Assembly: GCA_041178085.1 (NCBI GenBank) | Contig: JBEGVZ010000105.1 | Coordinates: 1 to 44,962 of the forward strand | DNA length: 44,962 nucleotides | Source: Pseudomonadota bacterium | GTDB taxonomy: Bacteria; Bdellovibrionota_B; Oligoflexia; Oligoflexales; RGVZ01 | Direction of reading: 5' to 3' | Shown here: positions 1-8,207 of the stretch, piece by piece | How the letters are laid out: every line of letters starts with the position of its first letter | Numbering within the stretch: the stretch's first letter is position 1 | Notes under the pieces: generated by a model | Databases searched by the model: none | Told to the model about the DNA's origin: nothing | Seen by the model: the letters and a program-made list of their open reading frames with translations, nothing else | Made by a program: the position numbers and the translations under genes

Positions 1-187
1 CCTTCGTCCCATCCTTGCATGTCACATCGAACTTTCCATCGTCACGCGAGATGACACTGACGGCATCGTCGATACCTTCTTGCGTACCACGACCATCGCG
101 GATATTTCGTCCGCCCTTGCCGGCAAAAGACGTCCCTGCGAACAAAGTCAGGGAACCAAACACAACCAACATTCTTGTCGTCCGCAT
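1..187 (-). CDS. Secreted hypothetical protein, 5' part only (runs off the window)
   Basis: Hand translation from ATG at 187: MRTTRMLVVFGSLTLFAGTSFAGKGGRNIRDGRG... It stays open to position 1, has a Sec-type signal peptide and an AGAGG SD upstream. Not in the ORF track. Confidence 0.7.
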   Translation of the reverse strand, partial: MRTTRMLVVFGSLTLFAGTSFAGKGGRNIRDGRGTQEGIDDAVSVISRDDGKFDVTCKDGTK

Positions 188-255
188 TTTCTGAACCTCT
201 CGTTACATGTTTGTGAACGAAAAAAGATGTCAGAAAAACTGTGCATTGACAATCC

Positions 256-273
256 GTGTGACATTGATCACAC
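256..273. promoter_or_regulatory. CRP/FNR-family type operator (TGTGA-N6-TCACA)
   Basis: GTGTGA-CATTGA-TCACAC matches the CRP consensus exactly, ~70 nt upstream of the minus-strand gene starting at 187. Confidence 0.55.
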
Positions 274-402
274 ACTGCATTTGCCGATAAAAAGTGAATT
301 ATCACACACGAAGTGGCGGTGGAGAAAAAAGAGAATCAGTGACCGCACGCATCGCAAGCTTGCCAGCGCAACCTGCACTTGAGCGTCGACAATCGGAGTC
401 GA

Positions 403-2052
403 TCAAGGAGCCGTGCTGCATCCTGCTGAACTCATCGGATCGCAGCCCCCTGGCCCAGCGGGCAATTTCTCGAAAACGGCAAGGCAGGATTGCGCAAACC
501 TGGGCACTAATCTTTTCGGATCGACTTTCTCCACCTGCTCGTTGGTCTGTGTGCACAGAGCTTTGATAGGATCGCACAAGCAAACTGTGCTGGATGGTGC
601 CACCCATTTAACAAACCTGTAGCCGGGCCAGGGTACCGCCTGAAGGGTCAGACTGATGAGTGGAGCGTTATTGAGATATTTATTATCCCATGTGTTGTGG
701 GCGCATTCCTTTTTCGGTATTTGATCCGAACTTTCTCGTCCGCAAATTTGGCGGGTGGGTTTGTATTCGTTCATGTCGTCAAAATTCGTCGCCAAAACAT
801 ACCCACCCCTGGCGAGAGGATTTAAAAACCAATCAAACTGGTTGCCAGGACCGACAGCTCTGATCGCAACTCCAGGCCCATGAGAAACAAATGGCTTCGG
901 GCGACAGATGACAGGAACATTGCGCCCTTCGTCTAACTTATAGGTCGCATCGGTCAGAAATTTATAGGTTTCACTTTCAAAAACGTTTACTCCAGCCGTT
1001 TGGAGATAAGGGGGCGGTAGAGGCTCAATGGCATTGGGACTTTCTATCCGTCGGGAGGGCAAGCGACCCTCCTTGGTTACCGCGATGATTGAATCGTCTG
1101 CCGAGATTTTTCCACCCGAGTCACCACGCATTGATGATTGACGGCTTTTGTTAAGCGTACCGAGAATGATCGAAGCACAGCTATCCAATGATGGTTGATT
1201 GCCAATGCAATCCTCCAGACCCAGAGTTCCCATGAAACCAAAGCGCTCGATGCCAATTCTTTCCGACCGGAGAGGTGAGCCAGGTTCATTATTGAGGTGA
1301 TTAAAATTGCGGTAACCGTAACCTCGCACTTCGACGGTCTCATTTTCGATGGCACCGCGAAGGGTCTTTGTTGCCCCGATGCCGTCAAAACGAATGAACT
1401 TTTCAAGCTCCAGAAACATTCCGGAATTCATGCTCAATGGGATTGGCACGCCGCCTTTTAATTGCCAGCCACCCGGTGGGACATAAAAGGCCGCAAGATC
1501 TCTTCCGAATGACCCTATGGACCAGCTTTTGAGTCTCTCATTGATGAGAGCATCCATCTCGTCCCCAACAATCAGTTCCTTGGCTTGAAGGACGGGGAAG
1601 ACGAGTCCCTTCTGAAGTTTACGCCGATCTGCTTCGATTTCAGTTCTGTTGTCGCCCGATTGGACCGTTACCCCCGCGTTATCCACCACAGAGAATCCCG
1701 AAATTCTAACGTGGGTAACATCAGGGTCTTTTTCAGAGCCTAGGACGTGCCGGTTGGTTAAAAAACATCCTGCGCGGAAATAACCAGTGGCTGTACCCGC
1801 ATTTATTCCGCGCCTGATAGTAGATCGTGCACCCTCGTTATTAAAAAAAAGTGCAACCGCAGCGGCGACATCACTGGACTCACCCTCTTCTCCATTCCAA
1901 ACCTTGAGAGCTTCGCTATTTGCCTGTCTTGCGGAGGAGGAGTTCCTGGATTCATCGTGGGGCAGCTGTTCCCCCGCACATGAATTTAAAGTGGAAGACG
2001 ATACGATTAACACTGAAGCGTGAAAACAACGACGAGTAATCGACGGTCTCAT
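403..2052 (-). CDS. Trypsin-like (S1) serine protease lipoprotein with Cys-rich, InlB-B-repeat-like C-terminus
   Basis: Lipobox-like LNSC; VWNG activation-like segment; triad motifs LTNRHV, GRDLA, RGDSGG; C-terminal LTLQAVPWPGYRFVKW..C. Confidence 0.7.
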   Translation of the reverse strand: MRPSITRRCFHASVLIVSSSTLNSCAGEQLPHDESRNSSSARQANSEALKVWNGEEGESSDVAAAVALFFNNEGARSTIRRGINAGTATGYFRAGCFLTNRHVLGSEKDPDVTHVRISGFSVVDNAGVTVQSGDNRTEIEADRRKLQKGLVFPVLQAKELIVGDEMDALINERLKSWSIGSFGRDLAAFYVPPGGWQLKGGVPIPLSMNSGMFLELEKFIRFDGIGATKTLRGAIENETVEVRGYGYRNFNHLNNEPGSPLRSERIGIERFGFMGTLGLEDCIGNQPSLDSCASIILGTLNKSRQSSMRGDSGGKISADDSIIAVTKEGRLPSRRIESPNAIEPLPPPYLQTAGVNVFESETYKFLTDATYKLDEGRNVPVICRPKPFVSHGPGVAIRAVGPGNQFDWFLNPLARGGYVLATNFDDMNEYKPTRQICGRESSDQIPKKECAHNTWDNKYLNNAPLISLTLQAVPWPGYRFVKWVAPSSTVCLCDPIKALCTQTNEQVEKVDPKRLVPRFAQSCLAVFEKLPAGPGGCDPMSSAGCSTAP

Positions 2053-2574
2053 GTCCCCCCCCCGCGGAGAATCCTTCGGAATACGTCGGGTGCAAATTCG
2101 ACCGTCTTAAGCTAAAAAATAGTCTGTCGTGAAATGTGAATAAAAATCGGTTAGTTAGTTCTTAGGCAGGAGAATGCGGTAACGGTTTTCTAACATTTGC
2201 TGCTGGCCCGCAGATGATACGTTTAATAATCGGCAAAACTTCCCCTGGCAAAAGGTCACGCCACAGAGTTTTGTTCCGTCTGCCAGCCGCGGTAAGTGGG
2301 TTCGGATCACGTCTGAATTGCTGGCTGATTCACGGAACATCACATCGAAAACATCGAGCAAGCGGCGCTTCGATGCCCAGCTAACGCAGCAGGACCGTCA
2401 AAACCAGCTCCACCGACTTTCAGGTACTGCCAGCAGTCCACGCCGTAGAGATTTGATTAGTGATTTTGGGACTTTAGCCGCCAGCGTTATCAATACCTAC
2501 CCCGGCCGCCGGGGAACCCCGGGGCAAGGTACATTTTTCTTGCCGTTTCGAGGGGTTTCCTGTTTAACCACGCC

Positions 2575-4218
2575 ATGTCCGATGCACTGTCCGGAAGCGC
2601 CCTCAGCACCGCTCAAGGCGTCCTCCAAAAAGAAATTCAGAAACGCCGCACCTTTGCGATCATCTCGCACCCGGATGCCGGTAAGACCACGATGACGGAA
2701 AAGCTTCTGCTTTATGGCGGCGCCATCCAGATGGCTGGGTCCGTCAAGGCCAAGCGTGGGAAAAAGTTCGCGACCTCCGACTGGATGGAGCTGGAAAAGC
2801 AGCGCGGGATTTCCGTGACGTCTTCCGTCATGAAATTCCCTTACAACGGTCACGAAATCAACCTGATCGACACACCCGGTCACCAGGATTTTTCGGAGGA
2901 CACTTACCGGACACTGACCGCCGTAGACAGCGCCCTCATGCTGATCGACGGCGCGAACGGCGTCGAAGCACAGACGAAAAAGCTCTTTGAAGTTTGCAGC
3001 ATGCGCAAGACCCCCGTCATGGCGTTCATCAACAAGATGGACCGGGAATCGCGCGACCCGTTCGACTTGATCGACGAAATTGAAAAAGTCCTGGGAATCG
3101 CCTGTTATCCGGTCACTTGGCCGATCGGCATGGGCAGTCGCTTCCGCGGGGTTTACGACCGCCAGCGGGAACAACTCTTGATCTTCGAAAAGGATGCAGA
3201 GCGCTCACGTCCCGTGGCGCTGACAGAGCTTGGGCTTGATTCGCCGGAAGTAGACGCGGAACTGGGTCCGGAAGTCGCTGCAGAGCTGCGTGATCAGGTT
3301 TCAATCCTTGCCGCCGGCGAAGAGCTTGATCGCGAGCGCTACATGCGCGGCGAACTGGCACCGGTCTTCTTTGGCAGTGCCCTGAACAACTTCGGTGTGC
3401 AGACGCTGCTTGACGCGCTGGTTGAAATTTCGCCTTCACCACTTGCAAGGCCCGCAAGCCAGCGCCTGGTGAAGCCGACTGAATCCAAATTTTCGGCATT
3501 TGTGTTCAAGATTCAGGCGAACATGGATCCTTCGCATCGCGACCGCGTGGCCTTCATGCGCATCGTATCTGGCAAATTTGAGCGCGGGATGAAGGCGTGG
3601 CATGTGCGCTTGAAGCGCGAGTCCCGCCTTGGCCGCCCAACCCAGTTCATGGCGCAGGATCGCAGTCTTGTCGACGAAGCCTATGCGGGGGATATCGTCG
3701 GGGTCCATGACCCGGGCGTGTTCAAAATTGGCGATACATTGAGCGAAGGTGAAGAGCTGATTTATACGGGCATCCCGGTGTTCTCGCCGGAGCATTTCGT
3801 CCGCGTTCAACTTAAAGACCCGCTCAAGTCAAAGCAGCTTAACAAGGCTCTGGATCAGCTATCGGAAGAAGGCGCTGTCCAGGTATTGCGACCGGTAACC
3901 TCCAACGACCAGTACTTGGGCGTCGTCGGTGCCCTGCAATTCGACGTCGTCAAATACCGGATTGAATTCGAATACGGCGTTAAGGTGCAGTTTTATCCCC
4001 TGCCCTACACGGCGGCTCGGTGGATCAGGAGCGAAGACCCCGCTGCGATCGAATCCATCGTCAAAGACCAGGCGCACATCATGACGCGGGACCAGCATGA
4101 CGATCCCGTCATCCTGCTGGACCAGGTCTGGCGTTTGAAGCTCCTCAATGAGCGCCACCCTAAAATCCTGTTTGCAACCACGTCTGAGAACCTTCAGGAC
4201 CGCATAAAACAGGCCTGA
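2575..4218 (+). CDS. prfC: Peptide chain release factor 3
   Basis: RRTFAIISHPDAGKTT, SDWMELEKQRGISV, DTPGHQDFSEDTYR, NKMD, FKIQANMDPSHRDR. Confidence 0.98.
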   Translation: MSDALSGSALSTAQGVLQKEIQKRRTFAIISHPDAGKTTMTEKLLLYGGAIQMAGSVKAKRGKKFATSDWMELEKQRGISVTSSVMKFPYNGHEINLIDTPGHQDFSEDTYRTLTAVDSALMLIDGANGVEAQTKKLFEVCSMRKTPVMAFINKMDRESRDPFDLIDEIEKVLGIACYPVTWPIGMGSRFRGVYDRQREQLLIFEKDAERSRPVALTELGLDSPEVDAELGPEVAAELRDQVSILAAGEELDRERYMRGELAPVFFGSALNNFGVQTLLDALVEISPSPLARPASQRLVKPTESKFSAFVFKIQANMDPSHRDRVAFMRIVSGKFERGMKAWHVRLKRESRLGRPTQFMAQDRSLVDEAYAGDIVGVHDPGVFKIGDTLSEGEELIYTGIPVFSPEHFVRVQLKDPLKSKQLNKALDQLSEEGAVQVLRPVTSNDQYLGVVGALQFDVVKYRIEFEYGVKVQFYPLPYTAARWIRSEDPAAIESIVKDQAHIMTRDQHDDPVILLDQVWRLKLLNERHPKILFATTSENLQDRIKQA

Positions 4219-4227
4219 CATCCTCCT

Positions 4228-4254
4228 TAAAGATTTTCCGGGCGTTTCCGATAC
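4228..4254 (+). promoter_or_regulatory. Sigma28/FliA-like promoter
   Basis: TAAA-N15-TCCGATAC, upstream of SD GAAAGG and ATG 4286. Confidence 0.55.
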
Positions 4255-4285
4255 TTCCCTAGGTCAAGTGTTAGAAAGGCCCGGC

Positions 4286-5071
4286 ATGGATTGGTCCAGG
4301 ACAATCAGGCTTCTAACCGCAATCGCACTGGGCGCGTCACTATTCCATTGTGGCGGCTCAAAATTCAGCGGTGGAAACGGCAAAAAGAAACCAGACAGCC
4401 TTGGTGCAAACCAAAGTGGCCTGCCGCTCCCAGGAGGCGGCGGCAGCGGGAACCTGCCCCCTGATTTGTCGGAGGGCAGTCGCCAAACCCTGCTCAACCG
4501 CTTCAACGACTTCCTGTTCGCAGGTAACGGGCCCGGAAGTTGTGGCTTGAATCCAACTTGCAAGGCGCAGGGCGCCTTGGGATGTCCCGCCGACTACGAA
4601 TCCATCGGTGCTGTCGGTGATTGCTTCCAGTTGCCACCCGGATCACCCATACCCATGCAGTGCTTCAGCAACCGCTCACTCTGCAAAAAATCCGGCCGCA
4701 CCGATCCAGAAGTCGTTCTTGAGGTGAAGATGGTGGCAGGATCCAGCTGCCCGGCGGGATTCAGCGGCAACGCTGACCAAAGCCACCTGCTCGGGGTCGT
4801 TCACGCAGCACCGTCGTGTAATTCCAGCTTTTCAACCTACGCATTTTGTAAGAGGACGATACCGCTTGCGAACGCAAGCAAAGGGACTCGCATCGTCAGC
4901 GCGATCGCCATTCAGGGGACGTCCCAGCGATCGCCAACAGCACCTGCCTGTCCGGCGGGATTTGAGGATGCGGGCATAGCGCCAGACTGCTCAAACTACG
5001 ATGGCAACAGGGCTTACCCCTGTTGCCATGGTTTCATTCGATTCTGCCAGAAACTCGACACCCTGAACTGA
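4286..5071 (+). CDS. Cys-rich lipoprotein with three CPxG(F/Y)-type repeats (MABP beta-prism-like)
   Basis: Lipobox LFHC and a Gly-rich linker, then repeats CPADYE, CPAGFS and CPAGFE, each ending in (L/F)C(K/Q)(K/R). The start was chosen from SD spacing. Confidence 0.75.
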   Translation: MDWSRTIRLLTAIALGASLFHCGGSKFSGGNGKKKPDSLGANQSGLPLPGGGGSGNLPPDLSEGSRQTLLNRFNDFLFAGNGPGSCGLNPTCKAQGALGCPADYESIGAVGDCFQLPPGSPIPMQCFSNRSLCKKSGRTDPEVVLEVKMVAGSSCPAGFSGNADQSHLLGVVHAAPSCNSSFSTYAFCKRTIPLANASKGTRIVSAIAIQGTSQRSPTAPACPAGFEDAGIAPDCSNYDGNRAYPCCHGFIRFCQKLDTLN

Positions 5072-5074
5072 CGT

Positions 5075-5554
5075 TCAGTGGTGATGATGCCCGCCCGGGC
5101 CGTGGGCATGGCCATGCTCAAGCTCATCTTTGGTCGCCGTGCGGATTTCTGCGATCTCGATCTTGAAAACAAGATCCCGCCCAGCCAGGGGATGGTTCGC
5201 GTCAAGAGTGACATGGCTCTCTGTAACTGCGGTAACTACCATGATCGGGTCTTCATGACCGGGGCCGCTACGGAACATGTCGCCGACCTTCACTTCCTTC
5301 GTGGGAAGCTTCTCCATCGGCACATTGGCTACCAGCGACTCATCACGATCGCCGTAGGCATCTTCAGCCTTCACGTGCACTTCGCGCTTGTCCCCTTTTG
5401 CAAGGGTGATCAGCACGCTTTCCAAACCGGGAATGATCTGGCCTGCGCCTTCCAAAAAGGCCAGCGGTTCACCTTCTTCCGAACGATCAATCAGGTCACC
5501 GTCCGTACCATGAAGAACATAGTGGAACTCGATCACGCGTGGAGTGCTGGCCAT
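5075..5554 (-). CDS. slyD: FKBP-type peptidyl-prolyl isomerase SlyD
   Basis: PLAFLEGAGQIIPGLE, EDAYG, DANHPLAG, His-rich tail ELEHGHAHGPGGHHHH. Confidence 0.93.
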   Translation of the reverse strand: MASTPRVIEFHYVLHGTDGDLIDRSEEGEPLAFLEGAGQIIPGLESVLITLAKGDKREVHVKAEDAYGDRDESLVANVPMEKLPTKEVKVGDMFRSGPGHEDPIMVVTAVTESHVTLDANHPLAGRDLVFKIEIAEIRTATKDELEHGHAHGPGGHHHH

Positions 5555-5661
5555 AAAAGGGCTCTTTCCTTGAAAATAATGGGATTAAAGCCTTATCACC
5601 GGCTGGCGACAAAAGACACCCGTTTATTGGCGGCGCGGGGCACCAATCGGAGTTAATCCCG

Positions 5662-6699
5662 TCAATACAGGGAATTGATGACACCCGACGCATCAGCCGC
5701 CTGCTGCTGCCAGCGCATCAGGCGCCCAAGAGCCAATTCATCGTTGTCCGGGCGGACTGCCCCGGTCGCACGGGCAAGGCAAAGGTAAAGCATCAGCCCG
5801 CGCAAATGCTGGGGGGTCAGGACGTATTCGATCAACTTCCAGTAACGGGCAAGATCGACGTTTTCGGCGCCGGCACCAAAAGGCGAATCAAGCAAGGCCG
5901 CCCGGTAATCAGCTGCCGCAACGCGCATCTTGGCCTGGGCGAGCTCCGCAGCTTCCTTGACAGCGTTCATGACAGGACGCAGGCCGGCAGCTTCGAAGGC
6001 GTCTGTGCCTGCACCGAGTTGCCAGACTGCAAACACAAAGGGAAGACCCGTAATACGATTCCAGACTTCTCCCAGATCAAGGACACGGTCGTACTGATTC
6101 CGGCACCGAAGCGCCTCATCACCAATCAGCAAGTCGATGGAAGGTTCCGCATCGATGTCTGTGGACTGGGAATCCGCCGAGCGCACATCCAAGCCTTTTG
6201 CATCCGGCCCGAACAACAACCGGTGAAGGGTCCTGGTCATCGCGGCACTTGCCGCGGATGCCGATGTCAACTTGATCGGCCCCGAAGCAGAGAGCAATCC
6301 GGGGCTTTGGCCCGCTGCCACGCTGGCGGCGACCGACCGGGCAATTTGACGCGGATCAAAATCACGCCCTGCCATGACAGAACTGAAGGTCTCTTTCAGT
6401 GTCGCAATGCGATCTTGCCACAAGTTGTAAACGTCACGCTGGGCTGCGGGAAAACCCAGGTACACACTCATCACCGGCCCTGTGGAGGCGACCCCCACAG
6501 GCAACGCGAAGTTGAGCTGATTATGCTTGAGAAGACAAATGCTGGAAGCGGGCGCCATCTGGATGCTGCCTTCAACCAGCCACTTGTTTATCTGGGCGGG
6601 ATGACCATCACGAAACTCCGTGCGGGCGCCCAGAATTTTGCGCAGTTCCAGGCGCAGGGGCCAGAGGTTCCAGTAATTGATCCAGCCAAGGCTTGCCAT
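5662..6699 (-). CDS. mqnA: MqnA/MqnD-family menaquinone (futalosine) pathway protein, probably chorismate dehydratase
   Basis: INYWNLWP, GPVMSVYL, LLIGDEAL, DLGEVWNRITGLPFVFAVW. Start overlaps the hemL stop (TGATG). Confidence 0.8.
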   Translation of the reverse strand: MASLGWINYWNLWPLRLELRKILGARTEFRDGHPAQINKWLVEGSIQMAPASSICLLKHNQLNFALPVGVASTGPVMSVYLGFPAAQRDVYNLWQDRIATLKETFSSVMAGRDFDPRQIARSVAASVAAGQSPGLLSASGPIKLTSASAASAAMTRTLHRLLFGPDAKGLDVRSADSQSTDIDAEPSIDLLIGDEALRCRNQYDRVLDLGEVWNRITGLPFVFAVWQLGAGTDAFEAAGLRPVMNAVKEAAELAQAKMRVAAADYRAALLDSPFGAGAENVDLARYWKLIEYVLTPQHLRGLMLYLCLARATGAVRPDNDELALGRLMRWQQQAADASGVINSLY

Positions 6700-8042
6700 C
6701 AGGAGTTCGCCTTTGCAGAACGCTGCTTTGCCAATGCCGCGAAAGAACGCTTTGCCGCTGCGACGGTTTCTTCAATGTCGCCAACGGAATGCTGAAGCGA
6801 CAAGAATCCAGCCTCAAATGCAGATGGCGCCAGATAGATCCCTTCATCGAGCATCAGCTGGAAGAACTGTTTGAACAAATCCAGATCCGCGCCCTTGGCG
6901 TCATCATAATTCCGTACCGGATTTTTGCTGAAGAAAAACCCGAACATGCCACCCTCGTAATCGACACTAAGCGGAATCCCCGCGTCTTCCGCTGCCGCCT
7001 TGAAGCCGGTAACGAGCTGCTTGCTCCGGGCGGCCAGTGTTTCAAAGGCTCCCGGACGCGAGAGGATTTCGAGGGTCTTGATACCGCTCGCGACGGCAAC
7101 AGGGTTTCCCGACAAAGTCCCGGCCTGGTAGACAGGTCCCGCAGGCGCAACCATCTGCATGATTTCGCGACGACCACCGTAGGCGCCCACCGGCAACCCG
7201 CCACCGATCACTTTGCCCAGAACAGTCATGTCCGGCTTGATACCCGACAACTGCTGGCAACCACCGCGAGCCACACGGAAGCCCGTCATGACCTCATCAA
7301 AAATGAGTAGCGTGCCGTGATGGTCACAAAGGCTGCGCAACTCTTCCAAGAACCCTGATACGGGACGGATAAATCCGGCATTGCCAACAATCGGCTCAAG
7401 GATGATCGCAGCAAGGGTGTCTCCGTGAGACTTGAAAACCTCACGCACCTGGTCGATGTCATTGAATCGCGCGGTCAAAGTGTGCCGCGCCGTTTCCTCG
7501 GGAACTCCGGGACTTCCGGACAATCCCAACGTAGCAGCGCCCGATCCCGGCTTCACCAGAAGCATGTCGGCGTGCCCGTGATAACAGCCCTCGAATTTGA
7601 GGATTTTAGTGCGGCCAGTGAACGCCCGCGCAACACGCAGGGCTGACATGCATGCCTCGGTGCCACTTGACACCAGGCGGATCATCTCGATGTTGGGCAT
7701 GGCCTCCATGATGGCAGAGGCAAGAATGCTTTCACGAGCCGTAGGCGTTCCGAACGACAGGCCATCATCGACCGCTGCATGGATGGCTGCAAGCACTTCG
7801 GGGTGAGCATGACCCACGATCGCCGGTCCCCAGCTGGTGATGTAATCAATGTAACGATTGCCATCTTCGTCCCACAGCCAGGCACCGGAACCTTTCTTCA
7901 TGAAGACGGGAGTGCCTCCGACTGAACCGAAAGCGCGGACGGGTGAATTTACGCCCCCTGGCATCAGCCTCAGGGCCTCTGCAAATAGAGCCTTGGATCG
8001 ATCACGTGGTTGCCGGTCTCGCGGAAGGGAATCTCGGTTCAT
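6699..8042 (-). CDS. hemL: Glutamate-1-semialdehyde 2,1-aminomutase
   Basis: [56 protein letters not shown]. Start ATG 8042 assumed. Confidence 0.97.
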   Translation of the reverse strand: MNRDSLPRDRQPRDRSKALFAEALRLMPGGVNSPVRAFGSVGGTPVFMKKGSGAWLWDEDGNRYIDYITSWGPAIVGHAHPEVLAAIHAAVDDGLSFGTPTARESILASAIMEAMPNIEMIRLVSSGTEACMSALRVARAFTGRTKILKFEGCYHGHADMLLVKPGSGAATLGLSGSPGVPEETARHTLTARFNDIDQVREVFKSHGDTLAAIILEPIVGNAGFIRPVSGFLEELRSLCDHHGTLLIFDEVMTGFRVARGGCQQLSGIKPDMTVLGKVIGGGLPVGAYGGRREIMQMVAPAGPVYQAGTLSGNPVAVASGIKTLEILSRPGAFETLAARSKQLVTGFKAAAEDAGIPLSVDYEGGMFGFFFSKNPVRNYDDAKGADLDLFKQFFQLMLDEGIYLAPSAFEAGFLSLQHSVGDIEETVAAAKRSFAALAKQRSAKANS

Positions 8043-8134
8043 CGGATTCTGTTGCCAACCCAGAAAAAAGCGTGCCCGGAATAGGGCCACGGCCGCCTGT
8101 CATACCAGATCCGCGACGCCCCTCCGACCGAAAA

Positions 8135-8162
8135 CTTGACATTGGCCGGGCCGGCCACACGT
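8135..8162 (+). promoter_or_regulatory. Putative clpB promoter (heat-shock-like) with a palindrome in the spacer
   Basis: CTTGACA at 8135-8141 and CCACACGT at 8155-8162 (RpoH-like spacing). Palindrome TGGCCGG-G-CCGGCCA at 8143-8157. Confidence 0.35.
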
Positions 8163-8207
8163 TATTTGCAGGGCAGGTGATGATCCACCTCCCCGAAAGG
8201 AAACGAT

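Noticed and set aside
264..290. Perfect sigma28 -10 box GCCGATAA (+) at 283-290
   Set aside because: The -35 box (TTGA) is weaker and it points at no credible gene, only antisense to the protease 3' end. Excluded from the regulon.
2053..2574. 520-nt gap between the protease gene and prfC as a riboswitch or sRNA
   Set aside because: Only short GC hairpins near 2500-2544; no recognisable family motif or credible ORF.
5581..5660. 8-bp inverted repeat GGGATTAA/TTAATCCC bracketing the slyD leader
   Set aside because: Too short and unsupported to separate from chance.
5806..6795. Long antisense ORFs (also 29643-30587, 43225-44235, 35415-36197, 2497-3174)
   Set aside because: They are shadows of real genes with GC-biased codons and carry no motifs.
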